Below, in pieces: positions 24,951 through 37,483 of a DNA stretch of 64,000 bases. Within the stretch, counting starts at the first letter, position 1. Each line of letters opens with the position of its first letter. Source of the DNA: Octopus bimaculoides (taxonomy: Eukaryota); NCBI RefSeq assembly GCF_001194135.2, contig NC_068982.1:143827405-143891404 (forward strand), given 5' to 3'. Below the pieces are notes generated by a model, which searched no databases, had not been told where the DNA came from, and saw only the letters and a list, made by a program, of their open reading frames with translations. The position numbers and the translations under genes are program-made.

Positions 24951-26249
24951 AACATTGCTATTAATAATAATCCACTTATCTGTACAATCTATTCATGCAT
25001 AGAAAGAAATATAGTTTGTTTGTCAGAAAGTTTGAACATAGAGAGAGCTTAATGCATTTTGATCTTCTTAATCGGATCAGTTCAATGTAATGAATTATAC
25101 ATTGATTACAAGAGAAAGTGGGGTGAAGAATGGTGAATCACAAAATTCTTTCATGAATTTGCTTCAGCCTTATAGAATGGTTGTTTTATTATCATGATAT
25201 TTGTTTTTCAGTTTTATTCAAATATACTTTAATATAAAAGGCCTTAAAATTCTTGAAAATGAAGCGTAATTTTACTCCCTTGCTACCTCAAAGTAATTAT
25301 TCGAAATATTTGCATTAATCAAGTAAACTGCTTTTTCCAGACAAATAATTTTTCAGATTCTTCAAGAAACCGTATGAAATTAATGCTTTTCGTAGGCATA
25401 AGGCCAATTTGTATAAAGTTGGAGGAGTAGTTAACAGCTTCTCTCACAGTATATTATTCGCCCGACCTGTTAGCTAACAAATCTCCCTCAGATCACACAT
25501 TATCATCTTAAAGGAAAGACATTTTGAATGAAGTAGTTTAGGTAGATAAGATATGATGGCCACAGTTGAAACTCCTTTGGTTAAAAGTCTGCATACATTT
25601 TCTTTTGATTGAAAAGGGTAACATCAAATAGTCGACTCCAGCAGAATTTAAACTCAAGCTATAAGGCTAGAGGAATTTTTCAACTAAATGCGATAAAGTA
25701 CCCATTTCTATGTACTACAATTTTTACTAACTCCAACTAACTATATCAGATATTAAAAAGTGAAGGAGAAAATGCTAAAATGAGAGAATGAAAAACAATA
25801 CAATTAACTGAACCGAATTATTGTAATGATTTTATCAGATAAAATATCTTTGCATTAATTATCTTCTCAAAAGTTTCTCCGCTGTGTTTTGTGTTTCATT
25901 CTATATGCATTCCATTATCATAAACAAGATAAAAAATTAGGTATTGTTAATATTTTAACACACACACGCATATATATAGCGCGATACTTCATAAAATACC
26001 ACCGGATGTACATAATATATATACCAGATTAATAATAGTTTCTTGGATATTAATGGCGTTTGTTATTTATAGGGGGTAATAAATGAGGTTGTGTGAAATT
26101 CGTACCATTTTTTTTAACAAGGGCAAATAGACGTATGTTAAGACATGATTTTTAATCGTAAGTTGAAACGAGATCCCCGTCTCAACCTGTCAGAATCATA
26201 GATTATAATTTTCAGGATTTAGCATAATTCTATGTTATAAGGATTTTAA

Positions 26250-26432
26250 ATTTTGGCACAAGGCAAGTAAGTTCGTGGGAGGGGATAAGGATTATATCGA
26301 CCCCATAACTCAACTGAAATGATGAAAGTTAAAGTCAACCTCGGCGGAATTTGGACGTAGGACGTAAAGACGGACGAAAGGTCGTTAAGTATTTTGTCCG
26401 GCTTGCTAACTATTCTACCAATTCGTCGCTTT
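26250..26432 (-). mobile_element. SINE family A
   Basis: AAAGTCAACCTCGGCGGAATTTGGACGTAGGACGTAAAGACGGACGAAA...GCTTGCTAACTATTCTACCAATTCGTCGC. Confidence 0.85.
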
Positions 26433-27215
26433 CATAATTCGATGTAATATTGGTTTCATTTTTTTCTTCTTTTTTTTTTTTGATACAAAGCTTTAATTTT
26501 GGTGAGATTGCTTGTCATAATTGAGCAGACTTATGATCAGTGACATAGAAGCTGTGACCATACTATTTTTCCCCCGATAGCGTATCTTGGGCTTCGATAT
26601 CCAATATGTCGTTTCTGTTTTTTTAGTGTAATCTGGGAGATTTGACGACTGTTTCTTGAGAATCGAACAAACATATAGAGTCTCCCTCACTAGCTCTATT
26701 CCAGACTTGCAAAAGTGTGTGTGCATATGTGTGCATGGAAAAAGCTATTTTGCGATGCCTTTCTCAAATCCCTTGGCGATGTAGGATTCAGTTCACGAAG
26801 AAATTGTCTTCGCTGTTGTACTCGCCTCAATGGGAATGATATATAGAACAAAAGATATATAGTTGACACTGTGTGATATTCTTGTTTCTATGAGAAAAAA
26901 ATGATTGTTTTTTATCATAAGAATTGAATGGATGGCAATTTTTCTAATGAGTAATGAAAAGGCGCCAAGTAAGACAATAGTTTCATCTTGCTTGCTTCTG
27001 ATTTCAATTTATTTCAATTTTTACTTTTATTTTGGGGTCGATAAAATATATAACAGAAATATGTTGAGTGGGTGAAGGCGTTTAAGCAATTATATCCATT
27101 CCCTTATAAAAACATGAGTTGTGACGCGTCAAAAGAAATCGACATCTGGTATCGAGGAAAAAAAACTTTTCAAAATTAATATTAAGAAATTATTGATCTT
27201 ATATCTGTAAAAGGT

Positions 27216-27250
<35 letters not shown>

Positions 27251-27394
27251 ACATGCACACACATGCACAAAAGAGAGGATGAGGTAAAATCTGAAATGCA
27301 AAGAAACATGATGACAACAATTAATCAATAAGGAAAATCGATAAGTTCATTTTGCTGTTAAGAGTGTAGAGTTTAAAATTCCGAGCCTTTCTCT

Positions 27395-27446
<52 letters not shown>

Positions 27447-28780
27447 GAGAGAGAGAGATAGAGGGGGAGAAAGGAAGGCAAGATGGTGCTATCATTATTA
27501 CTAAAGGCAATTTATTTGCCTGCAGCTCAGGCAACAACGCTATTTGCTGTGTGGCAAAAAACTGAAGGTCAAACCCTCATACGGGGTGCAGTCGATTAAA
27601 ATGCTTAATTTATTGTTTTTGTTTTATATATATTTTTCATCATAACGATCTATACAGCCTGGTTTATATTTCATGTTTTCATAGCGTTCAGCAGATGAGA
27701 TTCACACTCTATGTAGAAAATCGGTCTGTGATGCCTATATACGGGTTGGTGTACTGAACATTTGGGGGTAAAGTGCTCTGGTAACGGACACAATAAAGTA
27801 ACTAGGACAAGATACGAATCGCTGATCTCTTGAATGGTTGTCCGTGATCCCATCTACCCGAACATCTACTCTACTATTGAGTTGAACCTAGTACAAAAAA
27901 AAAACTCAGTTAACTATAATGTATATCACTACATCTAAACCAAGTTGTTTCATCTCTTCTGCTCTTCACATCACTCTACAACTCTACTCTAGTTCTTTAT
28001 ACATTCCTCGTATGTTTTCTTTAGACCATTAACTTCAGAAGTTCGAAATGTGTATTAACTTTAACTTATTGTAAATGTTCATATCTCTCAGCCAGTTTAG
28101 AATGGTTTGAAAATTCGATGTCTACAATACTTCACCCGTACACTCAATTGTTAAAAATTGAGAAAAAATTCACATGTTTAGTGCATAGTGAAATAAAACA
28201 TATTCTATATCAACGTATGTTGCGCGTTTTTTTTTTTTATATTTTGGGGCGCGCAATACAAATTATCAATAAGGATTTATCACATTAGTCAGTACAAAAC
28301 TAGAATTTCAAGAAGCAAGTACTTACATTATAGTTACTACCTATAGATATGAGGGGAATAATGAAAAACAAAAAATAGAAAAGCAGAGATTAGTGAGATT
28401 TGAGCGGAGAAATGAGGGAAACGGAACTAAATTCCGAGAAGTATCTACACTGGCGCTCTATCGTTTCTGCAGCATGCTACATTTTTTATTTTTTTTTGCC
28501 TAAAAAAACAATTATTCTCTGCTGAAGAGAATTCTATGCGATAGAGCAATAACTAGTTTCTACCCTACTCAACTTATACGATCAGTTCTCACCGGGCATG
28601 TTTGAAATCAACTGTGTTTTTCTCACGCTACACATTTAATCTTGGTTTATCATTTTAATATTCCATTCATAAACTATGTTACAAATTATTTAGCACGCAG
28701 GACTCGTCTCAGAATTATTAAATTTCGAAACAATTCTTCTGTTTTCTACGTCGAAAAATATGCATTCCTGTATAGTCTCA

Positions 28781-29125
28781 GGCATGGCTATGTGGTAAGA
28801 AGTTTGCTTTCTAACCACTTGATCCCGGGTACCTTGGACAAGTGTTTTCTATTATAGCCTCGAGCCAACCGAAACCTTGTGAGTGGATTTCCGAGAAAAT
28901 AAAAGAAGCCTATCGTATATGTTTATATGTATATATGTGTCTGTGTTTGTCTCTCACCACCGCTTGACAACCGATGTTTGTTTATTTACGTTCGACAAAA
29001 GAGACCAATAGAATAAGTACCAGGCTTTAAAGAAAATAAGTACTGAGATTAATTTGTTTGACTAAACGCTTCAAAGCTGTGCTTCAGTATGACCGCAGTC
29101 CAGTGAGTGAAAGAAGTAAAATATA
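28781..29125 (+). mobile_element. tRNA-derived SINE family B (GGCGTGGCTGTGTGGTAAGAAGCTTGCTTCCCAACC...)
   Basis: Head GGCATGGCTATGTGGTAAGAAGTTTGCTT, core CTATAGCCTCGAGCCAACCGAAACCTTGTGAGTGGATTT, (TA/TG) linker and 3' body shared with other copies. Confidence 0.88.
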
Positions 29126-29794
29126 CAAGATATGGCGATTACTAAACTTCTGTTGATGAGGTTCAATCAAATAAAATCATGTTCAGACTTGTCTTCCGTA
29201 CTTATTGAATGAAAATTTTAAAAAAACCTTTTGCCGCATACTTAATACCACTTCAGTTGTTTTTTAATGTCTTATGCACTAAATATTTCTCACCCGTTGC
29301 TTTTCGTAACAGACATGTATTTTGCCTCACTCAACTGACTATCCCAGCACTACCAACTTTTAGTCTCATGCCGATGATATCATTCTAAACTGCAGACAAT
29401 GATTCGGCAAGTCAGTGGTATTCAGTAAACAATTAGGCATTGCTTGAATATATTAACATTACTTGTAATATATTATTTTCGTGAATCCCTCTGAATATAT
29501 GTATTTTTAACATTTTATTTTCTTTTGTACTGAACAAGCACCCACGAATCTGGGACCTTTAAACAAATATTATCCAATCCTACATATGTTTCCACTTGTT
29601 TGGTATGTTGATGATACTTGCCTGCTGTATATTTTTTATAACCACACAGATGATTGTTGTTTGGAATATGTTTTATATTATAGGAGCCTACTGATAACTA
29701 TTGTTTACATGTGTGTGTGTGCGTGTGTGTGAAGAGAGAGAGAGAGAGAGAGAGAATGTGAAAGAGATTTTCTTTATGGTTATATATCTTTTAT

Positions 29795-29990
29795 CTTTTA
29801 CTTGTTTTAGTCATTAGGCTGCGGCCATGCTGGGGCACCGCCTTGAAAGATCTTTTAGTTGAATGAATCGACTTCAGTACTTAATTGTTTAAACTTGTTA
29901 CTTATTCTATATGCTAAGTTGCTGGGAGGTTAACACACCAACACTGGTTGTCAAGCAGTGGTGGGGGATAAAACAGACAAAGATACACAC
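29795..29990 (-). mobile_element. SINE family B, 3' part
   Basis: TCTTTTACTTGTTTTAGTCATTAGGCTGCGGCCATGCTGGGGCACCGCCTTGAA...ACTGGTTGTCAAGCAGTGGTGGGG. Confidence 0.8.
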
Positions 29991-30173
29991 ACACACACAC
30001 ATGCATAAACAACAAAGCATGTGAGACTATTATCCAAAACCTTCCAATAATGCATAAGTACCCTAAGATGAATAAAATTATTAAAAGCAGCAAACAGCCA
30101 AAACCACTAAAGCCGATATTCACAAATGTAAAGCTATACTAAAAAAATAATGAAAGCAAGAGTTTAAAAATTT

Positions 30174-30555
30174 GGACGACCGAACTGTGGAACATGTCCC
30201 AACATAATGGAAGGCTCAGAATTCCATTTCAAACAAGGACAAAAATTTTAAATTGAAACCGACTTCACATGCGCCTCTGAAAATCTCATTTACGCCATAA
30301 CGTTTCAGCTGCAGTAGTGACTACATAGGTTCAACAGGAATATCCCTAAGACGTCGACCTACACTGCACAGACAACAAATCTACAATCCCCAATACCGTC
30401 AAATACCACTCAGTGGTCACAAAGACAGATGTGCTAATGAACGCCAGCCACAAGTTACAATATTTCCCCTGTACCAACGTACGGAAAGGATCTCAACTCA
30501 ACAACGACTAAATAAAGAGGCAACATTTATTGAAAAATACAAACCAGAACTTAAC
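30174..30555 (+). mobile_element. Penelope-like element GIY-YIG endonuclease remnant
   Basis: GRPNCGTCPNI...FTCASENLIYAIT-(frameshift)-CSSDYIGSTGISLRRR...H...RLNKEATFIEKYKPELN. Shows the PLE CxxC, 'IY...C..C...YIG.T' and 'E..FI..Y.P.LN' motifs; one stop and one frameshift. Confidence 0.9.
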
Positions 30556-30765
30556 ATGAATATAATGGATTTCACAAATAAAAAAAAACAACAGAAAAAG
30601 GAAAAAAGATTAACCTCTCTTTAGCTAAGAAATATTATATCCACTAATTATCCCTTTAGCTAAAAAAACATTACATTCACTGATTATCCTCCTGTATAAC
30701 CACAAAACTGGATCATACCTGCTTCCACGCAAGATTAAATCAAGAACTTATGATTTCATAACATT

Positions 30766-30799
30766 GAGTCATGATTAGCGAAGCGAAACCGGTCGACTC
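30766..30799 (+). ncRNA. Minimal type-I hammerhead ribozyme motif in the Penelope 3' region (A3-U8 core variant)
   Basis: Helix I GAGUC/GACUC, core AUGAUUA, helix II GC-GAA-GC, GAAA, palindromic helix III ACCGGU, cleavage triplet GUC. About 210 nt downstream of the GIY-YIG domain; PLE-associated minimal hammerheads are established. Confidence 0.75.
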
Positions 30800-30877
30800 T
30801 GTACATATTGTAATAGATTTAATAATCTTTATCTACACAAACAAGATTTATGTGCTTTTTCACCTTAAATCTTATTT

Positions 30878-30910
<33 letters not shown>

Positions 30911-30912
<2 letters not shown>

Positions 30913-31075
30913 CGGACTTCTTTCAGTTTCCTTCTACTAAATCCAGTCACAAGGCTTTGGTCGGCCCGAGGCTATAGTAGAAGACACTTGCCCAAAGTGC
31001 CACGCAGTGGGATTGGACCCGGAACCATGTGGTTGGGAAGCAAGCTTCTTGCTACACAACCACGCCTGCGCCTAT
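30911..31075 (-). mobile_element. SINE family B, 5' part, well preserved
   Basis: CAAGGCTTTGGTCGGCCCGAGGCTATAGTAGAAGACACTTGCCC...GGAAGCAAGCTTCTT...CACGCCTGCGCC. Confidence 0.9.
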
Positions 31076-31487
31076 AGTCATGCCGGCACCTATAGCCACG
31101 CCCACCTTTTTCTGAATGTGTTTTTGTTTTTCTCGCAATCTGAATTCTCTTTTCACTGCAGAAAAACATTTTTTTTTAGATATTAGAGATGTTACATAAA
31201 ATATCTTTTAAAAATATCTTTGAAAGATTTATTTCCCCATGAGATTTTTACTATGTCCACTTCCGCTTGTACAGAAAGTTTACTCACAAACAACTAAACA
31301 TCGTATGAACACATTATTGTAATTTAGATCGCAAGACAGTAGAGAACACTTTAGAATTTCTGACTTGGCAATCCTTAGTTACACCTCCTATGTTTTGAGT
31401 TCAAATCCCACTGTTACAGAATGAATAGAACTCGCATCAGTTTACTCTTCACTGTACTTTGTGTTTATGTTAGAAACAATTACTATT

Positions 31488-31850
31488 GAGGCAGTGGACC
31501 GGCAGAATCGTTGGCGCATCGGAGAAAATACTCTGCAGTATTTCTAACGGTTTTTCATGTTCTAAGTTCAAATCCTGCCAAGGTTAGCTGTGCCTCTCAA
31601 TCATTCGGGGTTGATAAATTAAAATATCAGATAGTATCGATTGCTCGTCAACCCTAAAAATTGCTGGACTTGTGCCTAAATCAAATCATTAAGGGCGGCG
31701 AGTTAATATAATTGCTAGAGTGACGGCCAAAATACCTAAAGTTATTTCTTCCGATTCATTGTGTTAACTTTTCCGCCGAGATTAACTTTGCCTTTTATGC
31801 TTTCGGAATCGGTAAAGTCATGTACTGTAGTTGATATAATCGACTAGTTT
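31488..31850 (+). mobile_element. Two tandem SINE family A copies
   Basis: Heads at ~31489 (GGCAGTGGACCGGCAGAATCG) and ~31693 (GGGCGGCGAG). Confidence 0.75.
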
Positions 31851-31894
31851 AGTTACCTATTTACAGTTAAATGGATTGGCCCAGTTTTGTGTTC

Positions 31895-32125
31895 CTCCTG
31901 AGAACCGCTGATCTCTCGGCTGGATGTCCGCTACCCTATACATTAGGTCATAGCAGTGTGCTCTTCGTCCTTACGACGGACTCTACACTATTTTCATTCA
32001 CCTAATTTCAAACATGAAGCTTTAGCCGACCGAGATCATAGTAGAAGATACTTGTCCGAGGTAAGCTGAGAGATTTCGAACCGGGAGTAACATAGTTACG
32101 AAGCAAAAGTGTTTTATCACAAAGC
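31895..32125 (-). mobile_element. SINE family B, diverged
   Basis: AAGCTTTAGCCGACCGAGATCATAGTAGAAGATACTTGTCCGAGG. Confidence 0.7.
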
Positions 32126-32335
32126 CACTTGATTATGCATTTTCCAGAAAGAAGAATAATCTTAATTCTGATGGAATTTTCGGTTTTTTGAGAAATTATT
32201 ATTCTAATGAGATCTTAAGTACCACTGTTTACATCTGGTTTTTAGATATCGCAGATAACTTTCATAGATAAACCGATATATAATGTGTGGGTGTGTGTGG
32301 ATTTATATATATATGTGTGTGTGTGTGTGTTATTT

Positions 32336-32554
32336 TGGCACAAGACTAGCAATTTTTAGGGGTGTGGAAGTCGATTACATCAACCCCAGTACTTGACTGC
32401 TACTTGTTGCAGCGACTCCGAAAAATGAAAGGCAAAGCCGACTTCATTGGAATTTGAACTCAAAACGTAAAGACGGACGACATACTGCTAAGCATTCTGT
32501 CCGGGAAAGGCCGCTAAGCATTTTTCCCAGTGTGCTAACGATTCTGTTGGCTCG
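32336..32554 (-). mobile_element. SINE family A with internal duplication
   Basis: GAAAGGCAAAGCCGACTTCATTGGAATTTGAACTCAAAACGTAAAGACGGACG; GCTAAGCATT occurs twice. Confidence 0.85.
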
Positions 32555-32574
32555 TTTATATATGGAATTTGAAC

Positions 32575-33975
32575 TTTAAAACGTCACCTCAAAACTAGGC
32601 GTCGTCTTATATACTCTGTATAAAAACTGAACCCTTAACTTCCTGTAGTTTAGAGTATCAATGGAGATCAGTGTAAAGCACTCGCATAGGTCTTATGGTT
32701 CTACAGCGCAGTATTTTCTACAGATTCTTACACGTATGTTTGGGAAGCTGGATTATATTAAAATAACAGCACAGCAAACTTAGTCATTTGCAACAACTGA
32801 CGAACAGAAAATGTAAACAATCATCAGCCCGTTCAGCCGGGTCCCAGGGTACTCTTTGTTTACACTGCCTCGTTAGAACGCTCTCTTATACAGCGCTCAA
32901 CCAACCGAGGGCTTTCAGGACAAGTGTAATTTACGGTAACTAACGAACCTGTTACGTCAGATTAGCAGCATGTACTGGTACCTTTTGTGACTGGTCAGTT
33001 CGTGTTAGTCAAACCAATCATAATAAGCCTTACAGTTACCAGTTACTTTTAAACATTTACAGACAAGTTTTCTTGAAAAAGCTCAAGTTGTCACTCTTTC
33101 GTAAGCAGCAGTATTCTCACTGGAGGAACATTAATTTCCAGTAATTGTAAAACCCACCACATGGCTCCAAGTGATAGACGAAGGAAATATGAAGTTGGTT
33201 TTAAGCTGAAAGTGGTGGCATATGGCAAGTCCCACAACAAATGTACTGCTGCAAGAGAATATGGTATAACTGAGAAGATGGTAAGAGTTTGGAGATTAAA
33301 GGAAGACTTGTTAAGGAATATGTACACCCAGGACAAAATGTGCAATGAGAGGAAGCAATGCACACTGGTCGATTCTAGAGAAGGATGTAGCAGGTGTGGT
33401 CCGTGAGCAGGATACGTTGTTTCAAGACCAACGCTAGCAGTGTACTTTATAATAACGTTGCTAATATATTACAATATAATATTACACATACCCTGAGTAA
33501 ATCTGTAAATCCATTTCAAGTAAATGGTGTTATTATGGTATACGTGACACCATGTTAGTTCCTGTAAAATAACCGACGCCTAAATGACGTCACTACAGTA
33601 GTTTAACACCAGCCAAGTACGTTCGATGTGTACCATAGTATGTAATTTACAATATTTGGCCACATTTTGGAAAAGAATTGGATACATTTTAAACAACGAA
33701 GATTGCAGAATTATTGTATACAAAGTTTACTGATTGAAATAATGTTAAAATGCTATTGAAACACAAAGAAATTAGAGGTTTTAGGGGGCGCTGGGGAAGC
33801 TACAGCTCACCCGACCCCTTTAGCTATGAACCTCGCGCCTTCGGTGTTCGAACTATTTTACACGAAAACTTGGAGTTAGTCTTATATAGCAAGTATAACT
33901 CAAAACCCACTTTTTAAATGGAGATCCTGAAGATCGTCTTGTACAGTCAGGCACATTATACGCCGGCATATACGG
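32575..33975 (+). mobile_element. pogo-family (Tc1/mariner superfamily) DNA transposon remnant, internally deleted
   Basis: 3' end ...TTATACGCCGGCATATACGG|TA (33975) is a pogo-type CCGTA TIR with TA TSD. Subterminal GTCGTCTTATA-like motifs at both ends. 5' TIR not seen. Confidence 0.7.
33161..33410 (+). pseudogene. pogo transposase N-terminal DNA-binding region (Brinker-like HTH), frameshifted
   Basis: MAPSDRRRKYEVGFKLKVVAYGKSHNKCTAAREYGITEKMVRVWRLKEDLLRNM, continued in another frame as PRTKCAMRGSNAHWSILEKDVAGVVREQ (start of the CENP-B-type HTH). No DDD catalytic domain. Confidence 0.85.
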
Positions 33976-34066
33976 TATATATATTAATATATATATTTGT
34001 TAATTATATATGAATGTGTGTGTGTGTGTGTGTCTGTGTGTGTGTGTGTGTGTGTGNNNNNNNNNN

Positions 34067-34115
<49 letters not shown>

Positions 34116-37100
34116 TAGACAGAGAGATCTGAATGAATGCTGTTGAATAGTCTCACCCTCTCTATTGGAGTTAGAGCCAAATATCGCAATAGCAGAACTT
34201 CATATACATTGAATTAGCATGTAAGGGATCGAGTGTGTCTATTCTAAACGTAATTTTCAAGATAGAATCTCCTTGACACAGAATAACAGCGCTGTACCTT
34301 TGAATTACATGCACTATCAATTGCACGGGCTTCTATATGGTTTCTGTCAATCCTCTTTCACTCACGAGGCCTGGGTCCACCCGAAGTGGTGTAAATGCCA
34401 ATTGACTGAGATAGCATGGTATGGGATCGAATCCGTATGCTCTTGATTACGAAATTAGCTTCTTCAACATTCAGCCATGCTGCTATATATTGTGTTGCTT
34501 TTTCTCTCTACTTCTATCTCTACACCCATATCTGTTTATCTAAATATATATAATATTTCTCGATGTTATTGTTCTATAGGAAAAAAAAATCTAACATGGC
34601 AAATAACATAAGTTTTGTATCTGCTGAAATCCATGTTCCGTAACTTGATAATGAATTTCTCTCATGAGTAATACCTTTTTTTTTTTTTGTATTCGTAACA
34701 TTATCTCTGAGTAAAAATGAAAATATTCGTGTAAATGGCGCCCGATGGAATTATTTGTGGATTCCGATCATAAAATTTGGTTAGTGAAAAAAGAAAAACT
34801 TATTTTATTCCGCACCGTTCTGATCTTTTCTACTCATGGCGCTCCATTTTAAAAATGAATAATTTATAGAAAATTTTCAGTTGCAATAAGATTTTTTTTC
34901 TCTCAGTAATAATAATACTAATAATGATAACAACAATGATAATGCTTTTATACAACTGCTTTCACAGAGCGGCTGAGAGAAATAAACAATATAATAAACG
35001 ATTACTAAAAACGAACATAATGTATATTCGGGCGAATAAATGCGCGTGATAATATTTCTTGAATGTAAACAGTAATGCTTCGTCATCATTCAGTGAAAGC
35101 AAGTGTGTTAAAAACACAAACCCGTTAATATCGCTTTTGATACCGTCAATGACATATTACAGGCGGATCAGTGAAAAGTTGCGGTGGATCGATAGATGAT
35201 TGAATGGATATTGAAAGGGAATAGAATTTATATTAATTTCATCCAATTCGATATCTGAAACTGTATTGGTATACAGTTTGTCAATTTTTGGAGATCTTGC
35301 ACTGTTGTCTTTGAGATAGAAGAGGTAGTTGTAATACTGGACGTCTGTTGGTTAGTGGTTGTAACATGTTTATAAAGTCTTACCTGTCAAAATGGTCGAA
35401 TTATTTGTGAATGTGCCTCAGAATGCATACATGAGTGTATAGCGGTTTGAGGTGTGCAGCACTACTTCAATTTGAGATGTACATAGACTTAGACATTTCA
35501 ATCTTGAAAAACTGTTAATGCTAAAAAGGAAATTCCACTTTATACAAGACACATACATTTATGAACCAACGAAAAGATTTCACTCAGTTGATCACCTTAA
35601 ATAGATCACCCTAAAGGTGAAAACCTTAAAAAGCTGATCATCTAGAAATAGCAGTTGAATCTCTCTCAAATTACAGTCTACTTTCTTAAGAAAGTAAGGA
35701 CAAATTTGGATAACGTAGTCGTAGATAATGGATAATAATAAATCAGGGTGGTGACAGCTGGAATATTTGTAATTATAGGTTTTGTCAACCAAAAACAGAA
35801 GATCGCATTGGAGTTATGTAACCCTACATTCATTATCTCTAGAAAAAGTACCACTCTTGATGGCCACGCACGGAATACCTTTGATTATGGTCTGTTTGGT
35901 TAGAGCAGTTAGGCTGAGGCTAAACAAATTTATTCTCATTAGAATAAATTTGTTTGGCCTCAGTTAAACGTTTAATCGAAATGGCTTTATGCATGTTCAT
36001 CACTGCCAAGAGTAGAAGGTTTCTTTCGCTTGCATCGAATATTTAAAATGATTTTGGTTCCGCATTCGAAAGGTGTATGCTGATAACATCCCACTTTGAA
36101 CTGTAACAATATTTTGAAATGCTCTTTCACTTCCATGCAAAAATTCTTCGAGATAAATGTCCACCTTTCTATTCAGAATATCTTTCAGAAATATCTCTGT
36201 TTGGAAGGATTTAAACTCCAGTTCTGTGGTCCATTTATTTGCTGTCATTTATTTCCAAATCAGCTCTAATCCAGCAGATCTAAATCAAAGGAGTTCCAGC
36301 CATAACCAACCTATATATTTTTGTATATCAGAAATTACATGATCAAGTGTGTCATTTTTATAAGAAGTTGAAAGGGTATGATTTAAGGGAAATTTTTCTT
36401 ACCACCAGCATTGCCCAAACGACCTTAACATCAAATTCAGAATTCATTCAAGGTCTGGGGCTACGTGCCATACACTCCGTATAAAATTCAAGATAACAAC
36501 TGGCCCTACTCCTTTTAACATAATCCTAAAGCAAATCAGAGAAGAAAAAGATCCCATCACATTCAAACGAAACCAGGACACATTTCTTCAAGGTGTACCA
36601 GTTAAGCTACTTACATCTGGATATTTCTCAGTAAACAAACTCCCAACTTGAATGGGCCAAGATACCACTAAACTTGTCTTTAAAATAACTTAACAGATAC
36701 TATCAAGTAGTGCTATTAAGTTAGATATGACCTGGGTCAATCATTGGTCGAAACATATCTAAGTTTTATCTAATTTATAGTACTAGCAAACAACTCGAGC
36801 GGCTCTGTACAGGCTTTCTTGTTATTGATATCAACCGTCATTGGTTAAACGATAGTTTTGATGAAGAAGTGAATCCCTGATATAGTTTATCACTTGACAT
36901 GTACAATACATATAATATGCAAAAAGATATTTTTGGTTGCAGAAGACTGGTGGGAGTTTACAGAGGACACTTATCTAAGGTGCCAGTCCGTGAAATCGAG
37001 CCAAAAACAAACTGGTTGCAAAGCCAACTTTTAACCACACAGCTATGCCTGCACTATTTGGACGGGTGTTAAACAAGGGATAAATGCCAAACAGAGAACA

Positions 37101-37133
37101 TAACTAGTAGCTATCATACCAAAGTTATGTGTG

Positions 37134-37176
<43 letters not shown>

Positions 37177-37388
37177 ATTTATCCTTTAAATCCGTTTATG
37201 TGAAACCTTTTTGAATGCTTTCATAATAAGCGCTAATGCTATTTATTCCAGCTACCGCTTATTGTTCCCATCTTCCAGAGTAATTTTATGAGGAGGTTAT
37301 TAGTCTGGTGCCGCTATAGCGTAGGATGAATAACAAGTAATAACAAGAACTTTTGGATGGAAATTCACGAGTTCTTTAGCACACATGC

Positions 37389-37391
<3 letters not shown>

Positions 37392-37480
<89 letters not shown>
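37392..37480. repeat. (CA)n microsatellite
   Basis: Read directly. Confidence 0.98.
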
Positions 37481-37483
<3 letters not shown>

